Source: Clostridia bacterium (lineage in GTDB: Bacteria; Bacillota; Clostridia; UMGS1883; UMGS1540). Taken from it: a stretch of 44,729 bases of DNA. The position numbers were made by a program, and so were the translations under genes. Position 1 is the stretch's first letter. Every line of letters starts with the position of its first letter. Under the pieces are notes generated by a model, which saw nothing but the letters and a program-made list of their open reading frames with translations, searched no databases and was not told where the DNA came from. Of the stretch, positions 25,391-32,926 are shown one piece after another. The stretch is taken from assembly GCA_045592225.1 (NCBI GenBank), contig JAZNUH010000041.1, positions 1 to 44,729 on the forward strand, written 5' to 3'.

Positions 25391-27664
25391 ATGAAAAAGA
25401 CGGCATCAATATTGCTTATAATTCTTTTGCTTACCCAGTCGGTTTCGGCGGCATTTACCGATGTGACGGCTGAAAGCGGTGAATATACGGCGATTGCAAG
25501 CGTAAGTCAGCTTGGAATTATGACAGGCTATGAAGACAACACGTTCCGCAGCGAAGAAAAAGTAACCCGTGCGCAGTTTGCTAAAATTGTAACTGTCGTA
25601 AGCGGTGGTGAGGAAAACGCCGTATTGCGTATGGATGCGGGGCAGTTTGCCGACGTAACCTATAATCACTGGGCAAGCGGATACATAAGTTATGCAGTTG
25701 CAAACGGAATTTTAATGGGTTACGGTGACGGAAGCTTCCGACCCGAGCAGAATATAACCTATGCAGAGGCATTGACGGTTATCCTCCGTGCTATGGGTTA
25801 CAGCGCAGAGGACGTAGGCTATTACTGGCCTGCGGGATACATAGAAAAGGCGTATGCCCTGGGACTTATAAGCGATTATTCGTTTGACCCGTATGCACCC
25901 ATAAGCAGAGGGGAAATAGCCATTTTAATTGACAAGGCTTTATATATGGAAGGCAAGGGCGGAGTAAAGCTTATAACCGCATTTGATATGAAGGAATACG
26001 AGGACGCGGTTATAATAGCAACCAAGAAGACAGATTCATCACTTGCGGGAGATCAGGTAAGCACCTCGGCAGGAGTGTTCAAAAAGGGAAGCCTGACAGA
26101 GGTGGATGAGTATATAGGCATAAAAGCCGATATTGTTGTTGACAAGAACAATAATCTTGTTCAGATTCTGCCTGCCGAACAAACTGTTGAAAGGGCAGTT
26201 ATTGAAGGCGCTGTCGGAAAGGATATAACGGTAAGTGTAAACGGCAGAACAAAAACCATTCAGCTTGATGATAATATGGTGGTATATTACAAGGGAAGCA
26301 AATCCTCTGCCGCACAGCAGAAGGCTAACCTGACCGAAGGAAACGAGCTTTATATGTACAGTACAGGCGGAGAGGTGGATTATATTTTCCTTTATGCCTA
26401 TGACATTATGGGACCCTATACCGTCGCAAGCGGTGGCGCAGAGCTGATAAACTATTTTGGTATTGAGGACAGCAGCAAGGTTTCGGTTATCCGTGATGGG
26501 CTTTCATCAAGTTTTGCGCAGGCGGAAAGGTATGATGTGGCATACTATGCTGCAGGCAGTAACACATTGTATTTATACTGTGACAAGGTAAGCGGTACTT
26601 ATGATGAAGCTTACCCCATGAAGGCAAATGTTACCGAGGTAACAGTATCGGGCAGGACATACGAGCTTGAAGGCAGCCTTGCAAAGAGCAAGCTGGGAGA
26701 GGGAGCCGGTGCCTTTAAAATCGGAGACAGGGTGACATTGCTTTTAGGTCGTGACGGACTTGTTGCTGATGCAGTTGTGCTCGGGGAGGATGACCCTTCA
26801 AATTACGGTGTAATAATAAGCACAAGAATGACAGTTTCGGATGATAATGATACAAAGGGACAAAGCGAATATTACACTACCATACTCAAGGGAGACGGTA
26901 TGGAGGTAGAGCAGAAGAGTGTAAAGGATTATTCTGACTACAAAGGCAGATTTGTAAGCATTGACTATGAAGACGGTAAAATGAAGTTTACAACGGTAAC
27001 CTACACACCTGTTTACGGTGCTCTTGACAAGGCTGCTCCTTCTCTTGGCGGAGTTCAGTTTGCACGAAACTACAAAATAATTGAGCTTGTAAAGCAGGAG
27101 GGTAACAGCACACCCGTGGTACAGTGTGTAGAGCTTTCTGATATAAAGCTTAAATCGCTTACCAAAAATCAGGTAATTCATGCCCAGAAATCAAACGATT
27201 TTGGCGACATAACGGTACTTTATATAAATAATGTAACAAACAGTAACTATCAGTACGGAATACTGACTCACGCCGCAATGTCAGGTATGGGAATGAGTAT
27301 TTCGGGCAGCTATACCGTTATGAAGGATGGTGTGGAAACCGACTACCGAACCTCGGGCGTTGCATACAGTGCAAGCGCAGGTCAGGCTGTGGGAATAGAA
27401 ACAAACGGCGGTGCGCTTACAGGAATTAAGGTTTTGTCTCCGGTTATATCATCATCAAAGGTTGAGGCGGTAAGCGTTGGAAGAATTAAGGTCGACGGTG
27501 AAATATATGAACTGGACGATAATGTGCAGATATTCAAAGAAAAAGACAGACTCAATACATTTACCCAGATATCAATAAATGACCTTGCGGGTATGAAAGA
27601 TGGGTATGTAACACTTTACTCGGATAAACCGGCAGGAATAATAAGGGTAATAAAGGTACAGTAA
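25391..27664 (+). CDS. secreted S-layer-homology (SLH) domain protein
   Basis: Signal peptide MKKTASILLIILLLTQSVSA, then three SLH-like repeats (FTDV..., FADV...GYGDGSFRP). The remainder is unassigned. The start is moved from 25370 to ATG 25391. Confidence 0.75.
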   Translation: MKKTASILLIILLLTQSVSAAFTDVTAESGEYTAIASVSQLGIMTGYEDNTFRSEEKVTRAQFAKIVTVVSGGEENAVLRMDAGQFADVTYNHWASGYISYAVANGILMGYGDGSFRPEQNITYAEALTVILRAMGYSAEDVGYYWPAGYIEKAYALGLISDYSFDPYAPISRGEIAILIDKALYMEGKGGVKLITAFDMKEYEDAVIIATKKTDSSLAGDQVSTSAGVFKKGSLTEVDEYIGIKADIVVDKNNNLVQILPAEQTVERAVIEGAVGKDITVSVNGRTKTIQLDDNMVVYYKGSKSSAAQQKANLTEGNELYMYSTGGEVDYIFLYAYDIMGPYTVASGGAELINYFGIEDSSKVSVIRDGLSSSFAQAERYDVAYYAAGSNTLYLYCDKVSGTYDEAYPMKANVTEVTVSGRTYELEGSLAKSKLGEGAGAFKIGDRVTLLLGRDGLVADAVVLGEDDPSNYGVIISTRMTVSDDNDTKGQSEYYTTILKGDGMEVEQKSVKDYSDYKGRFVSIDYEDGKMKFTTVTYTPVYGALDKAAPSLGGVQFARNYKIIELVKQEGNSTPVVQCVELSDIKLKSLTKNQVIHAQKSNDFGDITVLYINNVTNSNYQYGILTHAAMSGMGMSISGSYTVMKDGVETDYRTSGVAYSASAGQAVGIETNGGALTGIKVLSPVISSSKVEAVSVGRIKVDGEIYELDDNVQIFKEKDRLNTFTQISINDLAGMKDGYVTLYSDKPAGIIRVIKVQ

Positions 27665-27698
27665 AAAAAGCCGCAGAGAAATTTCTCTGCGGTTTTTT
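27664..27698. terminator. bidirectional terminator
   Basis: AAAAAAGCCGCAGAGAAATTTCTCTGCGGTTTTTT. It abuts the stop codon of the spo0A remnant. Confidence 0.8.
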
Positions 27699-27909
27699 AG
27701 ATTGCTGCAAGCTCCAGCCTTAATTTATCTGCTATAAGCGCAATGAATTCAGAGTTTGTAGGTTTACATTTAGAGTTGTTCATAGTATAACCAAAGATAT
27801 TGAACAGCTGCTCCTCGTTACCGCGTATGCAGGCGGTTTCGATTGCATGTCTTATTGCTCGCTCTACGCGGGATGATGCAGTACCGAACATTGATGCCAC
27901 AAGGGGATA
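27697..27909 (-). pseudogene. spo0A: remnant of the spo0A 3' end (last 70 codons plus stop)
   Basis: 205 of 213 nt are identical to 31922-32134. It encodes ...[30 protein letters not shown]...LRLELAAI. There is no receiver domain and no RBS. Confidence 0.85.
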
Positions 27910-28025
27910 TTGAATTTAACAACCGCCTGTGTGATGCATTAAAGGCGCTGGGTGTACAGGTGGTTGACCATTTTATTGTAGCTAATAATGAATACAAAAG
28001 TATGAAAGAGGCAGGTGTTATATAA
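27905..28025 (+). pseudogene. radC: radC 3' fragment (hybrid of the paralogue-1 and paralogue-2 types)
   Basis: 27905-27974 matches 20721-20790 at 69/70 nt. 27975-28025 matches 21421-21471 at 45/51 nt. The gene body is missing. Confidence 0.8.
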
Positions 28026-28155
28026 CATCTGTCTGATTTTATAAAAAATACAACCAATATAGTATTAACACTTTGTTTTTTTAAAATTATAATATGATTA
28101 TAGAAATTATATTGTAAGGCGCATAGCGAACAAAATACAAACAGGTGAAAATACA

Positions 28156-28992
28156 ATGAACTCTATTTACGTTGGAAAGAAAACAAATAATCTGGTAAAC
28201 ATAAGTGCCATTTCAAACAGCAGTTACTGCGTGCTTTTGGTAGGACAGGAGCTGGAGTGCCGCAACAGCGATGTATGGGAAATGGTTTATGTGGACTGGG
28301 GTGAAGCGGAGATTTGCACCGATGAAAGGAGAGTAATACTCGAGCAGGGGGAAACGGTTTTTTTAAAACCAGGCGAATTTCACACTGTGCGGGTATGCGG
28401 AACAACGGTAGCAAATATAATTACCATTTCGTTTGTATGCTTATCAAAGATTATGAACTTTTTTAAAGGAAAAAAGCTTAAGGTAACAGCTGCATTGAGG
28501 AAGAATATTTTTAGTATCATGGAAGAGTATGAAAATATGGAAGAAGAAAAGTACATAGGCGGAAAGCAGCTTATACAGACATACCTTAAGCAGATTATAA
28601 TATTTCTTATACGGGGAGAGCACACTGCGGATGAGGAGATTGTTTTTTTCTCAAAGGAGGATGCCGAAAAGAAACTTGTTTCGCAGATGCAGAAAATGGT
28701 GGAGGATAACATATACTGCCAGATTACTACAGAAAGCATTTGCAACAGGATTGAATATTCAAGAACCTACCTTTCAAAGCTTTTTAAAGAGCATATGGGT
28801 TGCACAATTCTGAAATATATACAAAAAAGAAAGATTGAAGAAGCAAAGACTCTTATACGTAAAGGCGAGGATAATTTTATACAAATTTCGGAGAAACTGT
28901 GCTTTGATAATTCCCACTACTTTTCACAGGTGTTTAAAAGGGTGTCGGGTATGACTCCAAGTGAATACAAAAAAATAAACAAGAGTATATAA
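28156..28992 (+). CDS. AraC-family transcriptional regulator (cupin N-domain plus HTH)
   Basis: The C-terminal AraC HTH includes FDNSHYFSQVFKRVSGMTPSEYKK. Confidence 0.85.
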   Translation: MNSIYVGKKTNNLVNISAISNSSYCVLLVGQELECRNSDVWEMVYVDWGEAEICTDERRVILEQGETVFLKPGEFHTVRVCGTTVANIITISFVCLSKIMNFFKGKKLKVTAALRKNIFSIMEEYENMEEEKYIGGKQLIQTYLKQIIIFLIRGEHTADEEIVFFSKEDAEKKLVSQMQKMVEDNIYCQITTESICNRIEYSRTYLSKLFKEHMGCTILKYIQKRKIEEAKTLIRKGEDNFIQISEKLCFDNSHYFSQVFKRVSGMTPSEYKKINKSI

Positions 28993-29010
28993 TATAAAAA
29001 AGTAAGAGGG

Positions 29011-29288
29011 TAAGCAGTTGCGTTAGTATCTGAACCCGCCTAAACCAAGTAAAATAGCCGTTTTTCTTTGTTGTCGGTCTCAAAATACGCCGGTATTACT
29101 TCGACCTTCCGCCTTGAAAAAGCGACAATTTTATCTTGTTTTAGGTTCTATGAATTTTCGGTGCAGTGTTTTTGCGTCAATGCGAGGCAAAAACACAGCT
29201 AATGCTGACGCATTTGCGAGTATTTTAACGATGCAGTGGCGTAAAAACACGCACCCAAAACGGGTTCGGATACTAACGCAACTGCTTA
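29011..29288. repeat. 278-nt element E1 closed by a 28-bp inverted repeat (family shared with 39206-39484)
   Basis: TAAGCAGTTGCGTTAGTATCTGAACCCG pairs with CGGGTTCGGATACTAACGCAACTGCTTA, with one T/G position. The internal blocks CGCCTAAA, GTTTTAGGTTCT, AGGCAAAAACACAG and ATTTTAACGATG sit at the same offsets as in E2. Confidence 0.6.
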
Positions 29289-29323
29289 TGCAAAATGAAT
29301 TTTATTTTGCATACCCTCTTGTA

Positions 29324-30925
29324 TTAAATTCGCTCGAAATAGGGCAATACATCAATGGGGGCGGGGAGTGTAACGGTTTGCCCGCCTTTATAAAGTTCAC
29401 CATTAACATACTTCCACATACAGTTTTTCGGAAGCCTTATGCTACGAACATAAGAGCCTTTTGTTATAACCGGTGCAACAAGGTATTTTTCGCCAAGCAT
29501 AAAGCAATCGTTTGTATTTTCGTACCCCTCATCGGGAAACTCGTATGCCATATGCCGTATAATGGGTTGACCGTCGGCACGGGTGCGGTTTACAAGCTCT
29601 AAAATATAGGGGGAAAACTTTTTGTGCAGCTGTGCCATATTGCGGCAAATATCGGTTTGCTCACGGCTGAGATATTCCCAGGGCAGCATTGAAAACTGCA
29701 TCATTGGGAACAGGGTGGACAACTGACACATTCTTATAAACAGCTCGCTGTCAAATTCTGCTTTGCCGTTTTTATATGCGTGAACAAAGGTCCATTCTCC
29801 GCCGCCTATCATATCGGGGCAGATAAATGGGCTGCCGATAAGCCCCTGCATAAGGCAGTAGGGGATAATGGTGTTTATACCCTCATTCGTCCATGAATGG
29901 TTTCTGTCGCGCAGGCGCTGGATACCGCACTTGCCGCCGCCTTTATATGTATCTTTAAACTCGTTATGCAAATATTGCCTGCCAAATTCGTTCCATGCAA
30001 TATTGCGTTCATAGTGCGGGTGTATTTCGTTTATATGCCCGTTTATGCACATATAATCCGAGTAATGGTATATATGGCCGCCGTCAAATTTAAAGCCGTC
30101 TATACCGTATTCGGATATGAGGGTATCAAGCTGGGTTTTAAGAAAGTCCCTGTCGGCTTTTTGTGTAAAATCTAAAATGGCACACACGCCGTTCCACCAG
30201 CGTATAAGAGCAACCTCGCCGTTATCAAGGCGAAGATACAGCTTTTCGTCGTTTTGTTCCTGCATACCAAACTCTGCCGCCATGCGAAGGCTTTTAACAT
30301 ATTTTTCGCCCGAGCAGGTAACAAACGGGCAAATCCACACCAGAACGGTAAAGCCCATTTTATGCAGCTTATCTGTCATTGCTTTTGGGTCGGGGAATTT
30401 GACAGGGTCGAACTCCCAGGTGCCGTAGGGCTTGTGCCAGCCCTCATCTATGATTAAAACGCCGGGTTCAAAGCCGTTATCTTTTATGCTTTGGGCATAG
30501 GCGAGAACTGAATCCTGCGTTTGGTTGTAGGTACAGTGCATCCAAGTATTATACTGGGGGGTTATAAAACAATCATCGGGTAGGGGTTTACCGTCAAAGG
30601 GGAAATGCTGCTTTGAAGCCGCGAGATACGCATCCTTTAGGGTGTTGCCTGCGTGGTATAACTTAATGCTCATATCCCCCGTTACATAAATTTTACCGTT
30701 TTTAAACTCAAGCGCGAAAGCCTGCTCGCTCCATATATATCTACCCTTGCTTGAAAGCAGAAAGGGCATACCCTGGTTAAGACATTCTATGGAATTTGTA
30801 CCGGTAAGGTCCATACTTATATTGCTTTCGGCCGAGTAGGGCGCCTTGTCACCAAAGCAGATGCCACCACCCCACCAGTATTCATTTTCTAAAATATCAA
30901 ACACGTATTTCATAAGTTCCTCCAT
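29324..30925 (-). CDS. glycoside hydrolase, GH31-like (clan GH-D), specificity unknown
   Basis: LIIDEGW and GIDGFKFDGG resemble the GH31 catalytic-region motifs (compare YicI G.DCFKTDFGE). There is no signal peptide. It is divergent from an AraC gene. Confidence 0.65.
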   Translation of the reverse strand: MEELMKYVFDILENEYWWGGGICFGDKAPYSAESNISMDLTGTNSIECLNQGMPFLLSSKGRYIWSEQAFALEFKNGKIYVTGDMSIKLYHAGNTLKDAYLAASKQHFPFDGKPLPDDCFITPQYNTWMHCTYNQTQDSVLAYAQSIKDNGFEPGVLIIDEGWHKPYGTWEFDPVKFPDPKAMTDKLHKMGFTVLVWICPFVTCSGEKYVKSLRMAAEFGMQEQNDEKLYLRLDNGEVALIRWWNGVCAILDFTQKADRDFLKTQLDTLISEYGIDGFKFDGGHIYHYSDYMCINGHINEIHPHYERNIAWNEFGRQYLHNEFKDTYKGGGKCGIQRLRDRNHSWTNEGINTIIPYCLMQGLIGSPFICPDMIGGGEWTFVHAYKNGKAEFDSELFIRMCQLSTLFPMMQFSMLPWEYLSREQTDICRNMAQLHKKFSPYILELVNRTRADGQPIIRHMAYEFPDEGYENTNDCFMLGEKYLVAPVITKGSYVRSIRLPKNCMWKYVNGELYKGGQTVTLPAPIDVLPYFERI

Positions 30926-31053
30926 TGTTATCTGCTGTAAAAAACACGTTTATTGCTATTGCTTGTACGCACAAGATATATTATAATTATAAAAAAGGCG
31001 TGTGTAAATACAAAATCAGGTGGTTTTTTTATAAAAAAGGGCGTGAGGTAAGT

Positions 31054-31851
31054 ATGAGTCATCCTGTATACATAAACAATTTTTTAAGATATTACAGAAA
31101 CCGCCGCGATTGCGGGTATTTTTTCGGCGGGCACACTCATCCCGCATGGGAGGTTAATGTGGTAACAAGTGGTGCTATGGAAATAACATATGATAACACC
31201 ATTTCGATTGTAAGGAAAAATATGCTGATGTTAATTGAGAGTGATGTTTTTCATAGAAACAGGGTGCTCTCTCCCGAGGGTGCTGATATGTATGTGTATC
31301 AGTTTGTGTCGGACAATATGCCCCGCGGCAAGGCAGGGGTGTATGAACTCAGTGACAATAATTTTGCGCTTATAAAGCTGATTGAAGAAGAAGCGGAAAA
31401 AAATATAACCGAAAAAATAGAACGCTCGGTAAAAGTAGAAAAATTCAGCTATCAGGCGGAAAAACTACTGGAAGTTTTATTGACAAGGCTTGTAAGTGAC
31501 GAAAATACAGTAGGGTATGAAACAAACCCTGATGAGGAAATATACGGAAAAGCTGTAACCTATATGAAAGAAAATATTGCACGCAACCTTTGTATAGACG
31601 AAATTGCAAGAGAGTGCTGCGTAAGTAACACAAGGCTTAAAAATGTTTTTAACAGGTATACCGGCAACGGCGTTATAGCCCATTTTTCGAATATGAAAAT
31701 AAATGAGGCAAAAAAGCTTTTGGACAAGGGAATGCCGGTAGGGGAGGTAAGTGAGCAGCTGGGCTATTCATCGCAGGGGTATATGTCGCTGTGCTTTAAA
31801 AGGGCTACGGGAATATCGCCGCTTAAGTATAAAAAAGAAAAAGGGATGTAA
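31054..31851 (+). CDS. AraC-family transcriptional regulator
   Basis: A cupin-like N-domain and the HTH GYSSQGYMSLCFKRATGISPLKYKK. The start is ATG 31054, preceded by GTGAGG. Confidence 0.85.
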   Translation: MSHPVYINNFLRYYRNRRDCGYFFGGHTHPAWEVNVVTSGAMEITYDNTISIVRKNMLMLIESDVFHRNRVLSPEGADMYVYQFVSDNMPRGKAGVYELSDNNFALIKLIEEEAEKNITEKIERSVKVEKFSYQAEKLLEVLLTRLVSDENTVGYETNPDEEIYGKAVTYMKENIARNLCIDEIARECCVSNTRLKNVFNRYTGNGVIAHFSNMKINEAKKLLDKGMPVGEVSEQLGYSSQGYMSLCFKRATGISPLKYKKEKGM

Positions 31852-31905
31852 AAAAAAGTTCATACCACACGGGACGGGAATGTTTTGTGGTTATGAACTT
31901 TTTTA
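31851..31905. terminator. bidirectional terminator between the AraC gene and spo0A
   Basis: An A tract, the stem AGTTCATACCACA/TGTGGTTATGAACT (one bulge), then T6. Confidence 0.7.
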
Positions 31906-31921
31906 CATCCCCCACCCGTTA

Positions 31922-32134
31922 TTAGATTGCTGCAAGCTCCAGCCTTAATTTATCTGCTATAAGCGCAATAAATTCAGAGTTTGTAGGTTTACATTTGGAG
32001 TTGTTCATAGTATAACCGAAGATATTGAACAGCTGCTCCTCGTTGCCGCGTATGCAGGCGGTTTCGATTGCATGTCTTATTGATCTCTCCACGCGGGATG
32101 ATGCAGTACCGAACTTTGATGCCACAAGGGGATA
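31922..32134. repeat. direct-repeat partner of 27697-27909 (inside the intact spo0A)
   Basis: 8 mismatches over 213 nt, counted by eye. Six are synonymous and two are non-synonymous. Confidence 0.85.
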
Positions 32135-32716
32135 AAGCTGTTTTGTAACTGCATTTATAAGCCCGGGATTTTCAATGGATGAGATAATTGCTTCTCTTAC
32201 ATAATTGTAACCCTTTATGTTGGCGGGTACGCCAAGTGTAAGAAGCATATTTGTTGTGGCTACCTCCAAAGTATAACGGTGTGAAGTTTCGTTGACCTTT
32301 GAAGGGGTGTTTGGAAGATTTATCTGAAGAGTTCTGCTGAGTGAGGCAACCAGTTCAATTCTATCCTTTATAACCGACATTTCGGTGGGCTTTACCATAT
32401 AGTAGTCGGCACCGTGTTGCAGGCACATTCCCAGAATGTTTTCATTTGAAAAGGCTGTAATCATAATAACGTGGGGACGGTTGTCGGGCGAAATATCGCG
32501 CATACCCATTAAAACGGCTATTCCGTCAATGCCGGGGAGCAAGATATCAAGCGCTACAACATCAGGGCTTGTCTTATGTATCAGGTCAAGAGCTTCTTTA
32601 CCGTTGGAGGATGTACCAACAACCGATATATTTCCCTGCTTTTCGAGATATTCCTTTAAATCCTGAGTAAATTCTGCATTACTGTCTGCAATAAAAACCT
32701 TTATGTTTTGTTCCAT
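31922..32716 (-). CDS. spo0A: sporulation master response regulator Spo0A
   Basis: A receiver domain (VFIADSN...DVVALDILLPGIDG) plus the Spo0A-specific C-domain SRVERSIRHAIE...[18 protein letters not shown]. Confidence 0.95.
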   Translation of the reverse strand: MEQNIKVFIADSNAEFTQDLKEYLEKQGNISVVGTSSNGKEALDLIHKTSPDVVALDILLPGIDGIAVLMGMRDISPDNRPHVIMITAFSNENILGMCLQHGADYYMVKPTEMSVIKDRIELVASLSRTLQINLPNTPSKVNETSHRYTLEVATTNMLLTLGVPANIKGYNYVREAIISSIENPGLINAVTKQLYPLVASKFGTASSRVERSIRHAIETACIRGNEEQLFNIFGYTMNNSKCKPTNSEFIALIADKLRLELAAI

Positions 32717-32845
32717 AACTGTTCCTCCTTAATAAAATTTATTTTTCGAACATTATTTTACAATAAATTCCAATTAATTGCAAGAGATTTTTAGAAATTT
32801 TTTCCAATTATTTTTATATTACTCCCAAAAAGTGTTTTTACAACA

Positions 32846-32878
32846 TAAAAACAGAGGCAGAATTCTGCCTCTGTTTTA
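32846..32878 (-). terminator. intrinsic terminator after the GH127 gene
   Basis: CAGAGGCAG-AATT-CTGCCTCTG flanked by A4 and T4. Confidence 0.75.
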
Positions 32879-32926
32879 TAAATTTTACCTCACGGAAAAA
32901 TAACTGCTGTCATTTGAGATGGCAAA

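Noticed and set aside
27697-28025. The two small track ORFs (67 aa on the minus strand, 60 aa on the plus strand) considered as stand-alone genes, for example a mini-Spo0A DNA-binding protein.
   Set aside because: They are truncated copies of spo0A and radC that meet head-on at a recombination junction. Neither has a plausible RBS or promoter, and the minus-strand ORF starts at a GTG that is an internal Val codon in spo0A.
29289-29311. The hairpin TGCAAAAT-GAATTTT-ATTTTGCA as a terminator between E1 and the GH31 gene.
   Set aside because: The stem is made only of A-T and T-A pairs apart from its ends, and there is no T tract on either strand. It is too weak to call.
29114-29602. 162-aa plus-strand ORF spanning element E1 and the 3' end of the GH31 gene.
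   Set aside because: It starts inside the repeat element and runs antisense into a solid CDS. It has no RBS and no recognisable fold.
32717-32845. Spo0A autoregulatory 0A boxes upstream of spo0A.
   Set aside because: The nearest candidate reads TGTTCGAA on the minus strand, which has an extra base relative to TGNCGAA. That is not convincing without a matrix scan.
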